In this document: in pieces, positions 38,985 through 48,756 of the stretch
Layout: each line of letters opens with the position of its first letter
Position numbering within the stretch: the stretch's first letter is position 1
From: Gemmatimonadales bacterium
GTDB lineage: Bacteria > Gemmatimonadota > Gemmatimonadetes > Gemmatimonadales > GWC2-71-9
DNA: 64,000 nt
Assembly (NCBI GenBank): GCA_037189525.1
Contig: JBBCJC010000002.1
Span: forward strand, 256,001-320,000
Reading direction: 5' to 3'
Notes under the pieces: model-generated
Seen by the model: only the letters and a program-made list of their open reading frames with translations
Told to the model about the DNA's origin: nothing
Databases searched by the model: none
Made by a program: the position numbers and the translations under genes

Positions 38985-39650
38985 GTGACCGGCCCCACGC
39001 CCTTTACTCGCGTCAAACGCCTCCCCGACCGCGGCCACTATGACCGCGCCTCGCTCGACGCCATTCTCGATGCCGGGTTCATCTGCCACGTGGGCTACCT
39101 GGTCGACGGCCGCCCCGTCGTCACCCCCACCTCCTACTGGCGCGACGGCAACCACGTCTACTTCCACGGTTCTTCCGCGAGCCGCATGCTGCGCACACTG
39201 GGCGCCGGCGCCCTCGAGTGTTGCCTCACCGTCACCCATACCGACGGACTGGTACTGGCACGCTCGGCCTTCCACCATTCGATCAACTACCGCTCCGCCA
39301 TGCTGTTCGGCACCGCCCGCCGGGTCGATGACGATGCGGAGCTGGCCCATGCTCTCGAACGCTTCGTCGAACACTTGATTCCCGGTCGCTGGGCCACCCT
39401 CCGACCGATGACGGCGCAGGAACAGAAAGCCACCACCGTGCTCCGCCTCGAGATCGATGAGGCATCGGCCAAGATCCGCATCGGCCCGCCCAAGGACGAC
39501 GAGGAGGACTACGCTCTACCGATCTGGGCCGGGGTCATCCCCCTCGCCGTCACGGCGGGGACCCCGCTGTCCGACCCCCGGCTCGATCCCGGAGTCGAGG
39601 CGCCGGACCATGTGACTCGCTGGACCGTGCCCGGCCCGGCACCGGCCTGA
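38985..39650 (+). CDS. Pyridoxamine 5'-phosphate oxidase-family flavin-binding protein
   Basis: HGSSASRML, DGLVLARSAFHHSINYRS, GPPKDDEED, WAGVIP; GTG start after GGAGG. Confidence 0.9.
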   Translation: MTGPTPFTRVKRLPDRGHYDRASLDAILDAGFICHVGYLVDGRPVVTPTSYWRDGNHVYFHGSSASRMLRTLGAGALECCLTVTHTDGLVLARSAFHHSINYRSAMLFGTARRVDDDAELAHALERFVEHLIPGRWATLRPMTAQEQKATTVLRLEIDEASAKIRIGPPKDDEEDYALPIWAGVIPLAVTAGTPLSDPRLDPGVEAPDHVTRWTVPGPAPA

Positions 39651-39703
39651 TTGGACATCCCCACCAACCAGGCCGGCCTCGGTCCTTCGTTCACAACATC
39701 CCG

Positions 39704-41605
39704 CTAAAACGTCCCGCGCTGATCGGCCGACACGATCCGACCATCCGGCTGGCAGAGATTGGCACCGGTGTAGTTGGAACCGTTACCCTGCGCAGCCCAC
39801 GACCCCGTCGCCGAGGTCGGTGGTGCCCAGCTGTCGTTCCAGCCGGCCACGCCGCTGAAGTCCGGCATCGCCATCGTGGCCGACGTGCCGCCGACCCACC
39901 CAGCCGTCGCGGACATGACCACCGTCCGGATCGGACTGGTCGAGGAATACAGGAACGAGGTGCCGCTGGTAAACACATCCGGCAACTGATAGACCCCCTG
40001 AAGCCGTTTGTAGGCACCCGGCAGCGTCGTGATTACCGGCACGCCTAACGGCGGCGGCAAGGTCATGGTCCGGTTGGCCAGCGCCCCGAAGTTTTCCTGC
40101 ACCAGACGCGCAGCCGTTGCCAGCGGACTCCCCGTTACCGCAGTGATGCTCAGCTGGTGACTGTCCGCCGACCGCTGGACCGCGGCCGGGATACCATCGA
40201 CCTGGACTGGACTGGTGGCCTGGCCGAGCGGTGCGATCTGATAGAGGCTCGCATAAGTACAGGCCGGCCCGGTCCGATACGACATGGTGAGCGCGAGGGA
40301 CTCGCCCGCCGCAAAGTTCGGTACCGTAAAGCTCGCCGTCCCGGCGGCAAACGACTCAGTCGCGCCGAAGTCGATCACCGGAATAGTCGATGCATTGGCC
40401 ACGTCCAGATCGCGCCGGATCACCCCGCGACTCGGATTGGGCGACACGGCCAGATTGCTCTTCCGGAACGCCACCAGGTCGAACGTCCCGTTGAGAATCC
40501 CGACGATCGAGAAGACCTGATTCGACGAACGTGAGACCGTCGCGCCACCCAGGGACATATGGGCCACGTCGCCGGTCGAGAGGCCGGTCACGCTGCCGTT
40601 GATGAACTTCGACCCACTGGGCACCGTGGCGCAGTAGTCTTGCGGAGCAGCCGTCATTTCCGCGCGGGTCATCCGGATGATCGATACCATGGCCTGCGTA
40701 CCCGACGCCGTCGCGAACGCGAAGGCGCCGCGCGCGGAACTGACGCTGAAGTTGTAGGCCCCCTGCGCGGTTCCGGTCACCTGGGTCCAGGCTCCGTCTC
40801 CATCCTGATAGGCCGCCCAGACCGGACTGAGGCAGCCGATCACGAACGACGCGCCGGTACCGCCGCCAGCTGCGGTCACCGTGAGCTGGATCGGCACGGT
40901 GCGCTCGGGCTGGCCCTCGGCGGTGCCGCGTACGGTCAAGGTGCTCGTCCCGATCGCTGCGCCGGCGCTCGCGTTGATCGTGAGCGTCGACGTGGTGCCG
41001 GTGGTGCTGGTGGGGTTGAGCGTGGCGGTCACCCCGGACGGCGCGCCCTGCACGGCAAGCGTAACGTTTCCGGTAAAACTGCCCAGCCGCCCGACCGCGA
41101 TCGCCACGGTGCTGCCGGCCCCGCGCGCCAGCGTCAGCGTATTGGGGTTGGCAGTCAGGCCGAAGCTGCCGCCGGCGGCCACCGTCAGGGAAAACGTCGC
41201 CGTGGCATCGGACACACCCGAACCGCTGGCCCGCACCGTCAGCGGATAGGTCCCGCCGGGCGTGGCCACCGAGGTCTGCACCGTCACGGTCGCCGTGGTG
41301 GTGTTCCCGCTGGTCTGGACGTTGGCGACGGAACCGGTCACCCCTGCCGGGGCGCCGACCACCGTGAAGGTCACGGTCCCGTTATACCCGCCGCGACGAG
41401 TCAGGGTGGCGGTCACCGGGACCAGGCCGCCGGGCGCGACCGTCGCCCCCGACATGCTGAGCGCCACGGAAATCGACGGGGGGTCGGGATCCGGGTCCGG
41501 ATCGGGATCAGGACCGGACCCGCCCGAGCTGCACCCGCCTGCCAGCACTGCCACCAGAGAAACGACTGCAAGACTGCCGTGAACCTGCCGGATCGACCGC
41601 CACAT
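39704..41605 (-). CDS. Lipoprotein with Ig-like repeats
   Basis: LAGGC lipobox, (PD)n linker, two similar Thr-rich beta-sandwich repeats (GAPAGVT / GAPSGVT). Confidence 0.8.
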   Translation of the reverse strand: MWRSIRQVHGSLAVVSLVAVLAGGCSSGGSGPDPDPDPDPDPPSISVALSMSGATVAPGGLVPVTATLTRRGGYNGTVTFTVVGAPAGVTGSVANVQTSGNTTTATVTVQTSVATPGGTYPLTVRASGSGVSDATATFSLTVAAGGSFGLTANPNTLTLARGAGSTVAIAVGRLGSFTGNVTLAVQGAPSGVTATLNPTSTTGTTSTLTINASAGAAIGTSTLTVRGTAEGQPERTVPIQLTVTAAGGGTGASFVIGCLSPVWAAYQDGDGAWTQVTGTAQGAYNFSVSSARGAFAFATASGTQAMVSIIRMTRAEMTAAPQDYCATVPSGSKFINGSVTGLSTGDVAHMSLGGATVSRSSNQVFSIVGILNGTFDLVAFRKSNLAVSPNPSRGVIRRDLDVANASTIPVIDFGATESFAAGTASFTVPNFAAGESLALTMSYRTGPACTYASLYQIAPLGQATSPVQVDGIPAAVQRSADSHQLSITAVTGSPLATAARLVQENFGALANRTMTLPPPLGVPVITTLPGAYKRLQGVYQLPDVFTSGTSFLYSSTSPIRTVVMSATAGWVGGTSATMAMPDFSGVAGWNDSWAPPTSATGSWAAQGNGSNYTGANLCQPDGRIVSADQRGTF

Positions 41606-41772
41606 GAGGGCTCCAGGACGCAAGGGTGCCTGACAACGGGACATTGCCTGGCACATTGCGTAGTCTGCCCCCGCGGACCGTCACGGCCCGATCGGACAGA
41701 CTCGCCGGGCGTATCGTATATTGCGCATCCGGATTCTTTACTCTCGTCTCCCCAACCGCGAGGTCTTTCGCG

Positions 41773-42411
41773 ATGACCGCTCCAAACTCCCTGACCCACG
41801 ACCTCGCTGCCCAGCTCCAGGGCGCGCCGCTTCAGCAGATCGCCCAACAGCTCGGGATCGGACAATCAGAGGCCAACGCCGCCGTTGGCGCCGCCCTGCC
41901 CCTCCTGCTCGGCGCCCTCGGCCGGAATGCCAGCGAACCCCAGGGGGCTCAGGCCCTCCTCGGCGCCCTCGAAAAGGATCACGCCGGCGGCGGCGACCTG
42001 ACCAATCTGCTCGGCAGCATCCTGGGCGGCGCCCAGACCCGGCAGACCAACGGCGCCGGCATCCTGGGCCACATCTTCGGCGCCCGCCAGGACCGCGCCG
42101 AGGCCGGACTCAGCCAGGCTGCCGGCTTGAGCAGCGACAAGTCGGGTCAGTTGCTCCGCATGCTCGCCCCGATCGTGCTCGGCTTCCTGGCCAAGCAGAT
42201 GCTTCAGGGCAAGAACAACGCGGCGCAAGCCGCTCCCAGCGCCGACATCCTGGGCTCCATGCTGGGCCGAGAACAGCAGCAGGTCCGCCAGCAGGGCGGG
42301 ATCGGTGGCGGTCTGCTCGCCGCCGTGCTCGACCAGGACGGTGACGGCCAGCTCGGCATCGGCGACATCATGAAACTGGGTGGCAACCTTTTCGGCGGCA
42401 GCCGGAGCTAG
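41773..42411 (+). CDS. DUF937-family protein
   Basis: ALPLLLGALGRNAS, GAGILGHIFG, LAPIVLGFL, LDQDGDG. Confidence 0.85.
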   Translation: MTAPNSLTHDLAAQLQGAPLQQIAQQLGIGQSEANAAVGAALPLLLGALGRNASEPQGAQALLGALEKDHAGGGDLTNLLGSILGGAQTRQTNGAGILGHIFGARQDRAEAGLSQAAGLSSDKSGQLLRMLAPIVLGFLAKQMLQGKNNAAQAAPSADILGSMLGREQQQVRQQGGIGGGLLAAVLDQDGDGQLGIGDIMKLGGNLFGGSRS

Positions 42412-42444
42412 CCCACCGTCCGGGCTGCACCGAAGGCCGGGGAG

Positions 42445-42573
42445 GTGGGAGGTGAGGGGTGCCTCGGGGTCCGCCGCCAGTGCGTCGGTCGGCGCCCCCG
42501 CCCTTCCACCATCTTTCCCCGACACGCGCGACCGCAGCGCCAGGCGGACCCCGGGGCACCCCTCACCTCCCAC
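42445..42573. repeat. 129-bp intergenic inverted repeat (REP/MITE-like)
   Basis: 31-bp arms at 42445-42475 and 42543-42573 are complementary at 30 of 31 positions. Confidence 0.8.
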
Positions 42574-42588
42574 ATCAGACCACGACCC

Positions 42589-45204
42589 ATGCGCCTGGCC
42601 CCAATCGCATTCGCCAGCCTGCTGATCGGTTGCACCACCTCGACCCCAACCCCGACACCCGGTCCGAATCCGGTCGTCTATCCCAGCGCCGACTGGGCCA
42701 CTGTCGATCCCGCGAGCGCCGGCTGGAACACCACCGGTCTCGACTCCGTCCGCGCGGCCATCAGCCGGATGAACTCGAGCGCAATGGTCATCGTCGACGG
42801 CGGCCGAGTCGTGATGAGCTACGGCGACCTGACAGAACAGAGTTATCTGGCCTCGGTGCGCAAGAGCGTACTCTCGATGCTCTACGGGATCGAAGTCGCA
42901 CGCGGACGGGTCGACACCAGCAAAAGCCTGGCTCGGCTCGGTATCGACGACCGGCAGGCGCTGTCGGCTGCGGAGCGTGAAGCCACGGTACAGGATCTCC
43001 TCGCGGCGCGGTCCGGGGTCTATCACCCGGCGTCCAATCCGGGTGACAACCTGGCCGACGCACCGCGACGCGGCTCCCAGCGTCATGGCGCCTATCAGCT
43101 CTACAGCAACTGGGACTTCAACGCGTTAGGCACCATCTTCGAGCAGGAAACCGGTCGCAACATCTACGATGCCGTCGAGGCCGAGCTGGCGATTCCGCTC
43201 GAGATGCAGGATTGGCGGCGCGATCTGCAGCGCAAGTCGGGAGACACCACCCGATCGCGTCACCTCGCCTATCACATGCACTTCTCGACCCGCGACATGG
43301 CGCGGATCGGCTATCTGATGCTGCGCAACGGCCGCTGGCAGGATCGCCAGATCGTCCCGGCCGACTGGGTTCGTTTGAGCACCAGCGCCATCACCCCGCT
43401 CGAGGAGATGAACCCCGCGGCCACTCGGCGCGGCCGATTCGGCTACGGATATCTCTGGTGGGCCTATGACGGCGCGTGGAGCGGCGGTGTCTACGAAGGG
43501 GCCTATTCCGGCGTCGGCGCAGTGGGGCAGTACATCACCGTAATCCCCAGGCTCGATCTGGTCATCACCCACAAAACCGTGCCGAGAGCCGGCAACCCCG
43601 GCGTCCGTCACAACGACTACTGGGCCCTGGTCGACAAAATCGTTGCGGCCAAGACGGGCACCGTTCCGACTCCCGGACCGAGCTCCATCAAGCCGTACGA
43701 TGTGCTGGTCCGCGGCGGCACCGTGGTCGACGGCTCGGGCGCGCCCCGCTATCGCGCCGATGTCGCCATTGTCGGGAACCGGATCGTGCGTGTCGAACCA
43801 GGTGGTCTCGACTCTGCGCTAGCTGTGCGCGTCATCGATGCGGGTGGTCTCGTGGTTGCGCCCGGCTTCATCGACATGCATGCTCACATCGAGCCGTTGC
43901 TGGATCTGCCAGATGCGCAGAGTCATGTGCGCCAGGGCGTCACGCTGGCGCTTGGCGGGCCGGATGGCAGCGGACCGTTTCCGCTGGCTGCCTATCTCGA
44001 TCAGGCCGACCGCGCACCGCTGGGAATGAATGTCGCCTACCTGACCGGACACAACACGATTCGGCGTGAGGTCATGGGCACCGAGAACCGGGCGCCGACC
44101 GCCGGTGAGCAGGCACGGATGGAATCGCTCGTTGCGCAGGAGATGCAGGCCGGCGCGTTCGGTCTGAGCACCGGACTGCGCTACGTGCCCGGCTACTACG
44201 CGAATACGGACGAGGTGGTGGGCCTGTCTGCCGTAGCAGCCAAGGCAGGCGGCATTTACACCTCACACCTGCGCGAGGAAGGCGTCGGTTTGATCGAGGG
44301 CGTGGCAGAGGCGCTCGAGATCGGTCGTCGTGCCGCCATTCCGATCGTCCTCACGCATCACAAGGCGGTCGGTCGCCACGGCTGGGGCAAGAGTGCGGTG
44401 ACGCTGGCCATGGTCGATTCAGCTCGCAAGGCGGGCACGGATGTAATGATCGACCAGTATCCCTACACTGCCAGCTTCACCGGCCTCTCGGTCCTGGTGC
44501 CACCCTGGGCCCTGGCCGGAGGGACCGACCAGCTGCGCAAGCGGCTGAGCGATCCCGTCCTCCGCGACAGCATTACCCGCGGCGTGATCGATCTGATCAT
44601 CAACGACCGGGGCGGGAACGACCTGCGCCGGGTGCAGTTTGCCCTCGTCACCTGGGATCGCACGCTGCAGGGCAAGACGCTGCACGACTGGGCCGAACAG
44701 CGGAAGCTGCCCAGCAATCCGGCGACGGGAGCGCAGCTGGTCCTGGAAGGCGTGCTGAAGGGCAACGCCGGCATGGTCTATCACGTCATGGACGAGGCCG
44801 ACATCCGCCGGATCATGGCACACCCCGAAACCATGATCGCGAGCGATGGACGGATCACCGCCCTCGGCGACGGCGTGCCGCACCCGCGGAACTACGGGAC
44901 CTTTCCGCGGGTGCTCGGGCGCTACGTGCGGGAAGAACGCGTCCTGACGCTGGAGCAGGCGGTCCACAAAATGTCGGGTAAGCCGGCTGCCCGACTCGGA
45001 CTCAGCAACTACGGCTGCATTCGGAACGGCTGTGTTGCGGACCTGGCGCTGTTCGATCCCGAGACCGTCTCGGATCCCGCCACCTTTACCGACCCGCATC
45101 ACTATCCGGTCGGAATCCCGTGGGTACTGGTCAACGGTGAGCCGGTCATTGCCAACGGCCAGCTCACGGACGCGCGACCTGGCCGGGTGGTCCGCCGGCC
45201 CTAG
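42589..45204 (+). CDS. Lipoprotein fusion: beta-lactamase-like serine hydrolase plus N-acyl-D-amino-acid deacylase
   Basis: LLIGC lipobox; SVRK (SxxK) and YSN; then APGFIDMHAH, SHLREE, ASDG, HPRNYGTFPRVLG. Confidence 0.9.
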   Translation: MRLAPIAFASLLIGCTTSTPTPTPGPNPVVYPSADWATVDPASAGWNTTGLDSVRAAISRMNSSAMVIVDGGRVVMSYGDLTEQSYLASVRKSVLSMLYGIEVARGRVDTSKSLARLGIDDRQALSAAEREATVQDLLAARSGVYHPASNPGDNLADAPRRGSQRHGAYQLYSNWDFNALGTIFEQETGRNIYDAVEAELAIPLEMQDWRRDLQRKSGDTTRSRHLAYHMHFSTRDMARIGYLMLRNGRWQDRQIVPADWVRLSTSAITPLEEMNPAATRRGRFGYGYLWWAYDGAWSGGVYEGAYSGVGAVGQYITVIPRLDLVITHKTVPRAGNPGVRHNDYWALVDKIVAAKTGTVPTPGPSSIKPYDVLVRGGTVVDGSGAPRYRADVAIVGNRIVRVEPGGLDSALAVRVIDAGGLVVAPGFIDMHAHIEPLLDLPDAQSHVRQGVTLALGGPDGSGPFPLAAYLDQADRAPLGMNVAYLTGHNTIRREVMGTENRAPTAGEQARMESLVAQEMQAGAFGLSTGLRYVPGYYANTDEVVGLSAVAAKAGGIYTSHLREEGVGLIEGVAEALEIGRRAAIPIVLTHHKAVGRHGWGKSAVTLAMVDSARKAGTDVMIDQYPYTASFTGLSVLVPPWALAGGTDQLRKRLSDPVLRDSITRGVIDLIINDRGGNDLRRVQFALVTWDRTLQGKTLHDWAEQRKLPSNPATGAQLVLEGVLKGNAGMVYHVMDEADIRRIMAHPETMIASDGRITALGDGVPHPRNYGTFPRVLGRYVREERVLTLEQAVHKMSGKPAARLGLSNYGCIRNGCVADLALFDPETVSDPATFTDPHHYPVGIPWVLVNGEPVIANGQLTDARPGRVVRRP

Positions 45205-45211
45205 GGTGTGC

Positions 45212-47557
45212 TCAACGCATCCAGAGGGCAATGGTGCCGCACTCCGATCCGATACCGGCAAACTGGGGCGGGGTCGATGCCACCCCGACATAGACCTCAA
45301 TGGCCTCGAGCGTCTGGAGATGGAATTGATCGAGATTGACGGGATCGCCATCGCCCGGCTTCCAGTATGGCATACCGTCAACGAAGACCGAAAGCAGACA
45401 CGCCTGGATCTGGGTCGTAGACTCCTGGCAGGATATCGGCATTCGTCCAGCCCCTCGCCGGTTCGATCCCGGCGTGTAGCCGGTACAAGGAGGCGGCATC
45501 GGAACCATGATGAGTCCGGGAATGCGTCGTATCACGTCGGTTACTCGGGATTCTGCCCGGCGCTCCATCTCGTCACGCATCACGAAGCGCCCGGCTCCCG
45601 TGCGACGTCGCAATTCGAGATCGGCCATCCGGACCGAGGTTCGCACCGATGGACCCGCGACCTTCGCCTCCACGTTGGCGAGGTGCTGAGCGACCCGCTC
45701 CAGGCCGATGCTGACATCGGCGCCGGCATTGTCGCCCACCTCGACCGGCATCGTCGCGATCTGATATCCGAGCGCCCGCACATCGACGAGATACCGGCCT
45801 GGAGCGATCTGACCGAGTGTCGCACGCCCATCCTGATTGGTCCGCACCGTGTCGCCCAGCGGATGCAGCCGGATCAGCGCTTCGGCCACAGGAGCTGATC
45901 CGGCCTGCACGACGACCTGCACCGGACGCCCTTCGGCCTCTCGTACGGGGCCGCGCAGAACGAGATCATGCGTGGTCACACTCCCGGCCGGCATCGATAC
46001 CCAATGGGGCGATACGACCTGCAGCCCAGTCCCCCTGAACCAGACATCGCTGTCGGACGGCAAGCCGCAGACCCGGTAACGCCCATCGCTATCGGTCCGG
46101 GCAATCAACCGGCGGGCCGCATTCGCACCCCATGAGAGCTCGAGGCGAGCCCCCGGAACACCGGCACCGACACTATCCCGGACGACACCGCTCAGCATCG
46201 TCTTCGAGGTCGAATCGATCGTGGTTGCCGCGCACGACTGCAGTAACGTGGCGGCGGACGGGGTAGCAATGTTTGCGGTAGCCGTCCGACCCCGGGTCAG
46301 CGAGGCCGATCCCTTGGGTTCGATCCCGAGCGATGCAAAGCGCGGATGTGAAGTCGTGATCAGAAAACTGCCCTGCGTCGTCGTCTCGATCTGGTAGACA
46401 CCGGCAGAATCGGTGGTGGCGCGATAGGCGCTGCCGCCCAGCGAGACCTCGACACCCGGCAGCGGCGCCCCGAGAATCGAGTCATATACCACGCCGGCAA
46501 CGATCGCCCGGTTGGTCGGCGCGAGATCGAGCAGTTGCGCCGTTCCCCCGGTTTCACGGAAGCCGACCACGGGATCAGAGCCCGCAAAAGCGGTATTGCC
46601 GCGTCGCTCGACCAGAACCGGCATCCGGATCACCCAATCGCTCACGATCCAGCCGCCGCCCGGTAGCCGGGCAAACTCGATCCGCCCTCCTTCGTGACCG
46701 GTACGCCCACTGAAGTTGACGAACTGGAATTCGAGCAAGCGGAGTTCCGAACTTTCCCGATGCAGCCACAGTACCCCGGTTATTTCCGGAACCCGCCGGC
46801 CGCGGGTCGGCTCGAATGCGAGCCCGACCAGTCCGTCGCCTGCCGTGCGGCTCGGCACCGCCCGGAAGCAATGCGTCTCCATGAACTCATCGGATAAGAG
46901 CAGCGGCGCATCAGGACCCATGAACCAGGTCGTGGCCTCCTGCTTGACCACGAATCCGTCTTTGATCAGCTGCGCCGGTTCGACCGACACGAACGGACGC
47001 GTGGCCCGGGTTTGCTGTTTGGTCGATCGCTCGGCCCGGATCTGCAGTTCGGGATTGAGATCGCGTTCGAAGCGGGTGAGTTCGAGCAGCGGCTCGAGCG
47101 AGGTGCGGGTCACCTCGGTGCGCTGAAGCACCTTGGCTACCTCCGCCCAGAGCACCGCCAGCTGCGAACTCTGCTCTCGATCGAGCCGGCAGACGGATGA
47201 GCCGGCGGCAACCGAGATGTCCGGGAGCAGGACACGGTCGCTGGGCATCTCGACCGTGACCGACGCCGTATCGGTGCCGCGCACCTCGAACCCGATCCCG
47301 GTGATCCCCGCGTAGCCGATCCGGTCGGCACGCAACTCGAAGCGCCCCGAGCGGGGTAACGGCAAGAGCGTGCGCCCGCCCTCGTCGGTCAGCGCTCGCG
47401 CGATAGTGGCATCGCCATGGCGGACGGAAATCAAGGCGCCAACGACCGCGCGACCTCCTTCCGTCGCACGAACTTGTACGGCTTGAGCAGCAAGATCGGA
47501 GGCCGCAAGCACGGTAGCGCTCAGCAGCAGGGAGAGCCAGGGTCGTTTGTCGATCAT
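45212..47557 (-). CDS. Exported protein with carboxypeptidase-regulatory-like repeats and C-terminal TonB plug-like domain
   Basis: Signal peptide; repeated G.V.D....P..GA.V...TD..G.Y units; C-terminal AIEVY...P..F....CG.I.LW. Confidence 0.8.
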   Translation of the reverse strand: MIDKRPWLSLLLSATVLAASDLAAQAVQVRATEGGRAVVGALISVRHGDATIARALTDEGGRTLLPLPRSGRFELRADRIGYAGITGIGFEVRGTDTASVTVEMPSDRVLLPDISVAAGSSVCRLDREQSSQLAVLWAEVAKVLQRTEVTRTSLEPLLELTRFERDLNPELQIRAERSTKQQTRATRPFVSVEPAQLIKDGFVVKQEATTWFMGPDAPLLLSDEFMETHCFRAVPSRTAGDGLVGLAFEPTRGRRVPEITGVLWLHRESSELRLLEFQFVNFSGRTGHEGGRIEFARLPGGGWIVSDWVIRMPVLVERRGNTAFAGSDPVVGFRETGGTAQLLDLAPTNRAIVAGVVYDSILGAPLPGVEVSLGGSAYRATTDSAGVYQIETTTQGSFLITTSHPRFASLGIEPKGSASLTRGRTATANIATPSAATLLQSCAATTIDSTSKTMLSGVVRDSVGAGVPGARLELSWGANAARRLIARTDSDGRYRVCGLPSDSDVWFRGTGLQVVSPHWVSMPAGSVTTHDLVLRGPVREAEGRPVQVVVQAGSAPVAEALIRLHPLGDTVRTNQDGRATLGQIAPGRYLVDVRALGYQIATMPVEVGDNAGADVSIGLERVAQHLANVEAKVAGPSVRTSVRMADLELRRRTGAGRFVMRDEMERRAESRVTDVIRRIPGLIMVPMPPPCTGYTPGSNRRGAGRMPISCQESTTQIQACLLSVFVDGMPYWKPGDGDPVNLDQFHLQTLEAIEVYVGVASTPPQFAGIGSECGTIALWMR

Positions 47558-47638
47558 TGGATCTGCCTCCGATCGCGCAGCTCGACGATGGGGGCCGCAC
47601 ACGGCGTCGACACGCGGTCGACGCCGGCCTCCGATGCA

Positions 47639-48547
47639 TCAGCGCGCGCCGAGTCCCGTCAGCCGTTCACTGACCTGCTTGAGCTTGGCACGCGCCTCGG
47701 CGTCGTACGCCTGCGCGTGCGCTTTGCCCAGCTCCATACTGTTGTAAAACTTCCCGGTCCCCACGTCCTCGAGCACCAGCTGTAACACGGCACGAGTACC
47801 GTCATCGATCGTCGAGCGCGGGGCGTAGCCGCCACGGGCCACCATCCCGGTGGGCATCAGCGTGGCGGGGTGCAATGCATTGACCGTCACACCCTTTCCG
47901 TCCAACTCGGCCGCCAGGTCGATGGTAAACATGATCTGCGCCAGTTTGCTCTGACCGTACGCGCGGCGACCGGTGAAGTCCCGCTCGATCATCACGTCGT
48001 CGAAATCGATCGGCGCGGCCGAGAGCGAGGACACGTTGACGATCCGGGACGGGGCGCTTGCCACCAGGCGCGGCAACAGGATCCGGGTCAGCAGAAACCC
48101 GGAGAGGTAGTTGACCTGAAAGCGCGATTCATACCCATCGGCCGTCACGTCCCGCACATCGGGTGCGGTACCGATTCCGGCGTTGTTGATCAGCACGTCG
48201 AGGCGGTCGTAGTCCGCCAGGATCGTTTCCCCAAAGCGACGCACGTCGGCCGTGACCGACAGGTCCGCAGTATAGAACCGCGCGCTGCCTTTGCCCGCCG
48301 TCTGGATTTCCCGCAACACCTCGGCGCCCCGGGCCGAGTCGCGGCCATGGAGGATGACGTGCGCTCCGCCGGCGGCAAGCCGGAGCGCGACCTCGCGACC
48401 GAGGCCGCTGGTCGCCCCGGTCACCAGGATCACCTTTTGACCGGGGGACGGCCTGGCAACCTGCGCCTGGAGCACCGAACCGAAACCGACGAACAGCACG
48501 AGCAGCGGGGCGACGACGCGCCGGAGAATCAGCGAAAATGGCAGCAT
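47639..48547 (-). CDS. Short-chain dehydrogenase/reductase with N-terminal signal-like segment
   Basis: TGATSGLG, NNAG, YGQSK. Confidence 0.9.
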   Translation of the reverse strand: MLPFSLILRRVVAPLLVLFVGFGSVLQAQVARPSPGQKVILVTGATSGLGREVALRLAAGGAHVILHGRDSARGAEVLREIQTAGKGSARFYTADLSVTADVRRFGETILADYDRLDVLINNAGIGTAPDVRDVTADGYESRFQVNYLSGFLLTRILLPRLVASAPSRIVNVSSLSAAPIDFDDVMIERDFTGRRAYGQSKLAQIMFTIDLAAELDGKGVTVNALHPATLMPTGMVARGGYAPRSTIDDGTRAVLQLVLEDVGTGKFYNSMELGKAHAQAYDAEARAKLKQVSERLTGLGAR

Positions 48548-48756
48548 TTAGCGAAACTATCGCCCTGCACTCCCCTGAGCCAGTCCACAGACTGGATGGG
48601 AGGGGGTACTCCCACGGCCAGTGCCTGCATTTGGGGCATATGCCCGGGTTAGAAACCCCTCACCCCATCCCGGACGTATCTTCCATATTGAGGTCAGCTC
48701 GGGGCCAACCAGTGGGGTCGGCCCCTCGGGACCGGAAACGATGTCGACGGGTGGTC

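Noticed and set aside
41480..41520. Short tandem repeats (GGATCCGGGTCC-like)
   Set aside because: They encode the (PD)n linker of the lipoprotein and are not a CRISPR or mobile repeat.
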